From an uncultured Acidobacteriota bacterium (GTDB lineage Bacteria; Acidobacteriota; Vicinamibacteria; Vicinamibacterales; CAVVIG01), in contig CAVOHK010000009.1 in assembly GCA_963695635.1 (NCBI GenBank), positions 72,671-136,670 on the forward strand: a stretch of DNA of 64,000 nucleotides, in the 5' to 3' direction. The notes under the pieces were generated by a model. The model did not search any database, was not told the origin of the DNA, and was given only the letters and a program-made list of their open reading frames with translations. This document shows positions 56,660 to 64,000 of the stretch, piece by piece (position 1 is the first letter of the stretch; each line of letters begins with the position of its first letter). Both the position numbers and the translations under genes were made by a program.

Positions 56660-58956
56660 GCGACGGCGATCGTCGGATCGGTCGACATCAATTTCGCTGG
56701 CGCCGCTTCGACGTGAATGTCGCCGTTCTTGACGCGCACTTCGAAGTGCGAGCCATCTTTCCAGTGCGCGCTGATCGGCAGCTTGATGTGTTCGTCGATG
56801 AAGCGCTTCAGGAAGCGCGCGCCGAATGCCATGTTGTAGCCCTTGGCGACAATCACTTCGAGCGCGTCGTCCGACACGTCGATGGTCTTGCCGGCCCGGC
56901 CCAGGGTCAGCGTCACCTTCTGCATGTAGTTGCGGGCGATGGCGCGAACTTCATCGTGGGTCAGCGGCGCGAACAGCACGACTTCGTCGATGCGGTTGCG
57001 GAACTCCGGCGGGAAGCGGCGTTCCAGTTCCCGGAGCACTTCGCCCTGCACCTGCTCGACTCCGGCGGTCCGATTGAGGAAGCCGAGCGGACTGGTCAGC
57101 TTGCGGAAGTTTTCCGAGCCGATGTTCGAGGTCATGATGATCACGGCGTCGCTCAGATAGACGCGCTTGCCGCGGCCGTCGGTCAACCAGCCTTCGTCAA
57201 AGGCCTGGAGGAAAAGATTGAGCAGATTGGGACTGGCTTTTTCCACTTCGTCGAGCAGGACGACCGTGTACGGATTGTCCTTGAGCTGATTGGTCAGGAT
57301 GCCACCGCGCTCGCTGCCGACGATGCCACGAGGCATGCCGATCAGTTTGTCGACCGCCACCGACCCGTCCTGGTACTCGGACATGTCGACGCGAACCATT
57401 TTCTTCTCGTCGCCGAACAGGAATTCCGCCACCGCCTTGGCGAGCTCGGTTTTGCCGACGCCGGTCGGACCGAGGAACAGCAGCACACCGTCTGGACGAT
57501 CGAATCCGTCCTTGAGCGGCCCTTTGTTCAACACCAGCCGCTGCGCCACCGAACGGACGGCGTTTTGTTGGCCAACGACACGTTTCTGCAGGCGGACTTC
57601 GATGTCCTTGAAGCGGTCGGTGACGTCGCGATAGACCATGTCTTCGGGAATCGAAGCGGCGTGTGAGATCACCGACACCACATCGTCGGTCTTCACTTCC
57701 CAGCGGCGATCGATTTCCGCGCGAACCGCCGCGGTATCGAGCCAGCCGATCACTTTGTCGGGCAAATGCAGATGACGCATGTAGCGCGGCGACAGGTCGA
57801 GTGCGGTTTCGATCGCTTCGTCGAGCATCCGCACTGAATAGTTGCGTTCGAGCCTGGGCCGCAGGCTGTAGAGAATCCGGCGGGTTTCCTCGATCGTCGG
57901 TTCACAGACGTTGACGCAGCGGAACCGGCGCGCCAGCGCCTCGTCTTCCTGGATGTACTCTTTGTATTCGCTGAGCGTGGTGGCGGCAATCATCCGAATC
58001 TCGCCGCGCGCCAGGACCGACTTCAGCACATTGGCGGCGTCCGATGGCGCTCCCAGCGCCGAACCGGCGCCAACCATGGTGTGCGCCTCGTCAACGAACA
58101 GCACGAGATTCGGGCGTTCCTTCAGTTCACGGATTACGTTCTGAATGCGATCCTCGAACATGCCGCGCAGCATCGTGCCCGCGACCATCGTGTTCATCTG
58201 CAGATTCACCAACTGACAGTCGCGCAGGCGCACCGGAACGCTTTCCGGTTCGAATTCGACGCGGCGAGCAAGACCTTCGACGATCGCGGTTTTGCCGACA
58301 CCCGGTTCGCCGACCAGCATCACAGAGTTGGCACGTTCGCGGTGACAAAGGATTTCCAGCACCTGCTGGATTTCCTTGTCGCGTCCGAAAACCGGCGGCA
58401 CTTTATCCTGACGCGCCAGCAGGTTGAGGTTGGTGGCGAAGTGTTTGAGGAACGGCGGCAGCTCGAAGCGCTTCTTGAGCCGTTCGTCGCGCAACTCCAT
58501 GTCGCGCATCCGTGCGGTCAGACGGTTGACCAATGCTTCCGGTTCGACGCCATGGCGCCGCAGGATAGAAACTGGAACGCCCTGGGTTTCCTCGAACACG
58601 GCCGAGAACAGGTCGGCGGCTTCAATCGTCTGGCGACCGGCCCGGCTGGCGTGGTGCAGTCCGAGCTTGAACACCAGTTTCGTCGCAGGCGAGACGCGGA
58701 TGTCGCGGCCGGCGAACGACGGCAGCATGTGCAGATGCTCCTCGACCGCCTGAAGGATGGTGTGCGGGTTCAGCTCGATGTCGCGCATGACCTCGGCGAA
58801 CATGTCCCATTCCACCTGGGCGAAGGCGAGAAAAATATGTTCGTTGGTGAGCAGCGCATGCTCCCGCCGACGCGCCTCTTCGACAGCGCGATCAACGATC
58901 CGTTGCGCCGTTTCTCCTATCTTGCTTGGCGAGATGTCGAGGTCGTCTACTATCAC
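56656..58956 (-). CDS. Clp/Hsp100 AAA+ unfoldase, ClpA/ClpC-like (two AAA modules, no long middle domain)
   Basis: Clp N-domain, Walker A GEPGVGKTAIVEGLARR and GPTGVGKTELAKAVAEF, and an LGF ClpP-docking-like loop. GTG at 58956 after GGAGGG preferred over 59034. Confidence 0.88.
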   Translation of the reverse strand: MIVDDLDISPSKIGETAQRIVDRAVEEARRREHALLTNEHIFLAFAQVEWDMFAEVMRDIELNPHTILQAVEEHLHMLPSFAGRDIRVSPATKLVFKLGLHHASRAGRQTIEAADLFSAVFEETQGVPVSILRRHGVEPEALVNRLTARMRDMELRDERLKKRFELPPFLKHFATNLNLLARQDKVPPVFGRDKEIQQVLEILCHRERANSVMLVGEPGVGKTAIVEGLARRVEFEPESVPVRLRDCQLVNLQMNTMVAGTMLRGMFEDRIQNVIRELKERPNLVLFVDEAHTMVGAGSALGAPSDAANVLKSVLARGEIRMIAATTLSEYKEYIQEDEALARRFRCVNVCEPTIEETRRILYSLRPRLERNYSVRMLDEAIETALDLSPRYMRHLHLPDKVIGWLDTAAVRAEIDRRWEVKTDDVVSVISHAASIPEDMVYRDVTDRFKDIEVRLQKRVVGQQNAVRSVAQRLVLNKGPLKDGFDRPDGVLLFLGPTGVGKTELAKAVAEFLFGDEKKMVRVDMSEYQDGSVAVDKLIGMPRGIVGSERGGILTNQLKDNPYTVVLLDEVEKASPNLLNLFLQAFDEGWLTDGRGKRVYLSDAVIIMTSNIGSENFRKLTSPLGFLNRTAGVEQVQGEVLRELERRFPPEFRNRIDEVVLFAPLTHDEVRAIARNYMQKVTLTLGRAGKTIDVSDDALEVIVAKGYNMAFGARFLKRFIDEHIKLPISAHWKDGSHFEVRVKNGDIHVEAAPAKLMSTDPTIAVA

Positions 58957-59002
58957 TGCTGCCCTCCGCTGTCGAGCAAACAGCAATTCGTACGCCAGTC
59001 GA

Positions 59003-59026
59003 ATCTGTGGCCTTTCGGCCACAGAT
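59003..59026 (-). other. Perfect 10-bp hairpin between htpX and clp
   Basis: atctgtggcc-tttc-ggccacagat (GAAA loop on the minus strand). No U-tract. Confidence 0.6.
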
Positions 59027-59033
59027 GTAATCA

Positions 59034-59861
59034 CTAACCCTTCTGTAGGAGCGCCTTGATCCGTTCCGCGGTCGGGGGGTGTGTCGAAAAGAGGCCAGAG
59101 AGAGTCTGCGCAGAAAACGGCTTGATAATGAACATGTGGGCAGTCGCCGGATTCGCATCCATCGGGATGGATTTTGACGCCGCTTCGATCTTCGTCAGTG
59201 CGCTGACAAGACCGTGCGGTCCACCGGCGATGTCCGATCCGCCGGCGTCGGCATCGTATTCGCGGGAGCGAGAAATGGCGGTCTGAATCAACATTGCGGC
59301 AACCGGCGCCAGGATTATCGTCGCGAACAGAACGATGGGGTTCGCGCCCCGATCGTTGTCGCGATGTCCGCCGCCAAAGAACATGACAAAGCGCGAGAGG
59401 AACATGATCGCCGCCGCGAGCGTCGCCGCCACCGAGCTAATCAGGATGTCTCGATGCTTGACGTGCGTCAGCTCGTGCGCGATCACCCCTTCCAGTTCGT
59501 CATTCGTCAGGATGCCCAGGATTCCCTCGGTGGCCGCGACCGCCGCGTGATCCGGGCTTCGGCCGGTAGCGAACGCATTTGGCGACATGTCCGGGATCAC
59601 GTAGACACGCGGCATCGGCAGGCCGGCGCGCTGCGCAAGCCGGCCAACCAACTCGTACAAACGATCGCCGGGGCCAACTTCCTTCGCCCGGTACATGCTG
59701 AGCACGATCTTGTCCGAGAACCAGTAGGACCCGAAGTTCATCGCGGCCGCCATGAACAGGCCGGCCAGCATGCCCTGCGCGCCGCCGAGCATCTCGCCGA
59801 AAATCAGGAACAGCGCGCTCATCGCGCCGAGCAGAATCGTCGTCTTCAGTACATTCGACAT
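59034..59861 (-). CDS. htpX: M48-family zinc metalloprotease HtpX
   Basis: HELTHVKHRD (HExxH) and four TM segments. Confidence 0.93.
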   Translation of the reverse strand: MSNVLKTTILLGAMSALFLIFGEMLGGAQGMLAGLFMAAAMNFGSYWFSDKIVLSMYRAKEVGPGDRLYELVGRLAQRAGLPMPRVYVIPDMSPNAFATGRSPDHAAVAATEGILGILTNDELEGVIAHELTHVKHRDILISSVAATLAAAIMFLSRFVMFFGGGHRDNDRGANPIVLFATIILAPVAAMLIQTAISRSREYDADAGGSDIAGGPHGLVSALTKIEAASKSIPMDANPATAHMFIIKPFSAQTLSGLFSTHPPTAERIKALLQKG

Positions 59862-59865
59862 ATCG

Positions 59866-60999
59866 TTATTGTATGCGCGCCATCAGGCCGGCGACGAGCG
59901 CGGCCCGGTCGGCCAGGGCGGCAATCTCCACGTGTTCGTGTAGCGCGTGGGCGCCGTCACCGACGGCGCCAAGCCCGTCTAATGTTGGGACGCCGAGCGC
60001 GGCCGTGAAGTTGCCGTCGGACCCTCCGCCGGTCGACCCTTCGGCAAGATCAATCCCGATCTCCTTCGCGACAGTTCGCGCCTGATCGTACAGACGCGCG
60101 ACGGCCGCCGTGCGTTCCAGGGGCGGCCGATTCAAGCCGCCAGATACGCTGATCCGGGTCCGCGGATCCGCAGTTTGCAGCCCGAGCATCGCCCGCTCGA
60201 GATCCGCGCCATCGTCAACGGTGGGAACACGGACGTCCACGACTGCCCGGGCTTCCTCCGGAATAACGTTGGACCGCAGACCACCCTGCACCTGAACGAC
60301 GTTGACCAGGCGTCCGCGGTCGAGATCCTGCAGGGCGTTGATGGTCAGGATTTGCCGTGCCAGTTCCTGAACGGCGCTCGCACCCTTTTGCGGTTCGATA
60401 CCAGCGTGGGCCGACACGCCATGCACCACCACTTCGTAGCCGCCACATCCTTTCCGCGCCGTTTTCAGAGCGCCACCCGGGAGCGACGGCTCCAGTACCA
60501 GCACAGCAGCGCTCCGCCGCGCTTCGTCTTCAATCGCGCCGCGTGAGGTGTCGCTGCCAACTTCTTCATCGGTCGTCCACAGCATGGTGATGCGGTGCGC
60601 GATTGACGTGCCGGTTTCGAGCAAGGCGCGCGTCGCCAGCATGGCGATGGCGATACCGGCCTTCATGTCGAACACACCCGGTCCGTAGAGCCTTCCGTTG
60701 TCGGTTTTCAGCGGCATCCGCGACAGCTGACCAACCGGCCAGACCGTGTCGAAATGTCCGAGCAGGAGCAGTTGATTTGCACCACAGCCAAATTCCGCAA
60801 GCAGGTGGTCGCCTCGGTCGCGCCGTGGCAGCTTCGACACGCGGCCGCCGATCGATTCGAGCCGCTTCTGCAGTTCGACGCCGCAGCGATCGACCGCGTC
60901 TTTGTCGGAGGTTGGCGACTCCAGCCGGACGAGCGACTCGATGGTGTCGATCAGCCAGGGTTGCTGGGCGCGGCAGAAATCGCGCAGGGCTATAATCAT
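59866..60999 (-). CDS. M20-family metallopeptidase (carboxypeptidase G2-like)
   Basis: LLLGHFDTVWP, WTTDEEVGS, and the M20 dimerisation/catalytic arrangement. Confidence 0.85.
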   Translation of the reverse strand: MIIALRDFCRAQQPWLIDTIESLVRLESPTSDKDAVDRCGVELQKRLESIGGRVSKLPRRDRGDHLLAEFGCGANQLLLLGHFDTVWPVGQLSRMPLKTDNGRLYGPGVFDMKAGIAIAMLATRALLETGTSIAHRITMLWTTDEEVGSDTSRGAIEDEARRSAAVLVLEPSLPGGALKTARKGCGGYEVVVHGVSAHAGIEPQKGASAVQELARQILTINALQDLDRGRLVNVVQVQGGLRSNVIPEEARAVVDVRVPTVDDGADLERAMLGLQTADPRTRISVSGGLNRPPLERTAAVARLYDQARTVAKEIGIDLAEGSTGGGSDGNFTAALGVPTLDGLGAVGDGAHALHEHVEIAALADRAALVAGLMARIQ

Positions 61000-61003
61000 C
61001 TTC

Positions 61004-61555
61004 GTGAGAGGCAGCGTACCTCTTCTTCTAGTGTGCGGCCTGTGCGCGATCGGCGTCGAAATCGCGGCGCAGGGACAGCCGGTCCCGCAGCCATTTCCAC
61101 GCCCGGGACAACCAGCGCGGCCCGTGCAGCCACCGCCGGCGGCGCCTTCTCCTTCGGCGCCCGCGCCAACTACGTCACCACTCGGACCACCCGAAGCCGC
61201 ACCGACCGAAGCGATGCTCGGCGTGCCGATTTATCCCGGCGCGCAGTTCATTCGATCGTACGACGCCGGACGCGGCCAGCGTTATTACATCTTCGGATCG
61301 GCCGCGTCGTTCGTCGATCTGGTCGGATTCTACCGGAACGTGTTGAAGGACAAAGGCGAGCTGGTTTACGACGTGCCGGCGACGCATGAATTCGACGTCG
61401 GCAAGTACAACGAAAACACCATGGCGTTCCCGCCAGGGGTGACGATCAAGGATTTTCAGTCCGACGTGTCGCGGGGATTCCCCAACCCGAAGCCCGGTGG
61501 GCAACCGGAACGATTCCCGACGATTATTCAAATTGTGCCGGTCGTCGCCCGTTAG
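61004..61555 (+). CDS. Secreted hypothetical protein with Pro-rich N-terminal region
   Basis: GTG at 61004 gives the signal peptide MRGSVPLLLVCGLCAIGVEIAAQG. The ORF-track start 60902 lies inside the divergent M20 gene. Confidence 0.55.
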   Translation: MRGSVPLLLVCGLCAIGVEIAAQGQPVPQPFPRPGQPARPVQPPPAAPSPSAPAPTTSPLGPPEAAPTEAMLGVPIYPGAQFIRSYDAGRGQRYYIFGSAASFVDLVGFYRNVLKDKGELVYDVPATHEFDVGKYNENTMAFPPGVTIKDFQSDVSRGFPNPKPGGQPERFPTIIQIVPVVAR

Positions 61556-63415
<1,860 letters not shown>

Positions 63416-63473
63416 GGTTGATAAATTCCGACTATAGCACCATCTCCAGGATCGTCTTTCCCGGGCACTTCGC

Positions 63474-64000
63474 TTGCACGGTCAAACGGCATCCAAACCT
63501 CGGCTCGACTGGCGATCGCGTTTGTCGGGTATTTGGGCCTGACTCTGGTTCTGTTGCACCCGATTACGTCGCATTTTGCGACGCAGGTGCCACATGACCT
63601 CGGCGATCCACTGCTCAGCACTACACTTTTGTGGTGGAACGCCCACACCACGCCGCTGACTGCCCGTTGGTGGGACGGCTTTTTTTTCGCACCGGCAACC
63701 GGCACGATTGCATTCTCGGATCATCGCCTCGGCGAGAGCCTGATCGCGTCGCCGATCATCTGGCTGGGCGCTTCGCCGATTGCCGCCTACAACATCACGC
63801 TGTTGCTGACGTTCCCGCTGTGCGCGATCGCCGCGCACGGGTTGGCATTCGTGCTCACCAGGCGTCACGACGCGGCGATCATCGCCGCACTGGCGTTTGG
63901 TTTCAGTCCGTATCGGTTCGCGCACATTGAACATCTCGAGCTGCTGGCGGCCTACGGCATGCCGATCGCGCTGCTCGCGCTCCATCGGTCGCTTGAAGAT
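63474..64000 (+). CDS. Polytopic membrane protein (possible GT-C-type glycosyltransferase); start unresolved, 3' end beyond window
   Basis: Own translation of the frame open from 63425: ...ARLAIAFVGYLGLTLVLLHPITSHFATQVPHDLGDPLLSTTLLWWNAH...LLLTFPLCAIAAHGLAFVL... There is no ATG/GTG/TTG in that frame before the first TM. TTG at 63474 is in another frame, so one more frameshift is possible. Confidence 0.45.

Noticed and set aside
56660-57666. C-terminal two thirds of the 686-aa ORF 55606..57666
   Set aside because: Past about 56600 the translation loses radical SAM character and runs antisense to the well-supported Clp gene. A one-base correction in a CCCC run gives a natural stop at 56657-56659.

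Overview
GC-rich, almost fully coding 64-kb chromosomal segment dominated by housekeeping genes. These include ileS-lspA-lgt-rluD-nudix, lon, a dksA-like gene, rpmB, ridA, relA/spoT, a tonB-exbB-exbD-exbD operon, hppA, uppP, tgt-yajC-secD-secF, ddl, accD-folC-lptD, thiC behind a TPP riboswitch, htpX and a ClpA/C-type unfoldase. An ADOP-type duplicated FtsX permease, a CarboxypepD_reg-type TonB-dependent receptor, paired M16 peptidases and a HEAT/cyclophilin fusion suggest Acidobacteriota, but that is inference only. I saw no rRNA, tRNA, CRISPR, transposase or phage genes. All family calls come from motif recognition in the translations; no searches were run. Main points: (1) A MerB (alkylmercury lyase) family gene (54902-55570, minus) has one in-frame TGA where MerB has its catalytic Cys. 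A perfect 7-bp hairpin with a GGUC loop follows at SECIS-like spacing, making it a candidate selenoprotein. (2) A translationally coupled operon (51599-54755) encodes an SDR epimerase, a fusion of a VTE5/dolichol-kinase-like domain to a DUF92 (VTE6-like) domain, and a UbiA prenyltransferase. This reads as a prenol salvage-and-transfer module. (3) Most gene junctions are filled with short-period (7-9 nt) arrays and hairpin elements. Two elements sit in frame inside conserved genes: an HDAC-family gene and thiC. (4) At least 12 single-base frameshifts break conserved genes (lon, hppA, tgt, accD x3, HEAT-PPIase x3, an enolase-family gene, a radical SAM gene, possibly the last gene). Many sit in short homopolymer runs, so assembly indel error is the most likely cause. 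Gene starts were trimmed from the ORF track where a better start, RBS or signal peptide was visible.
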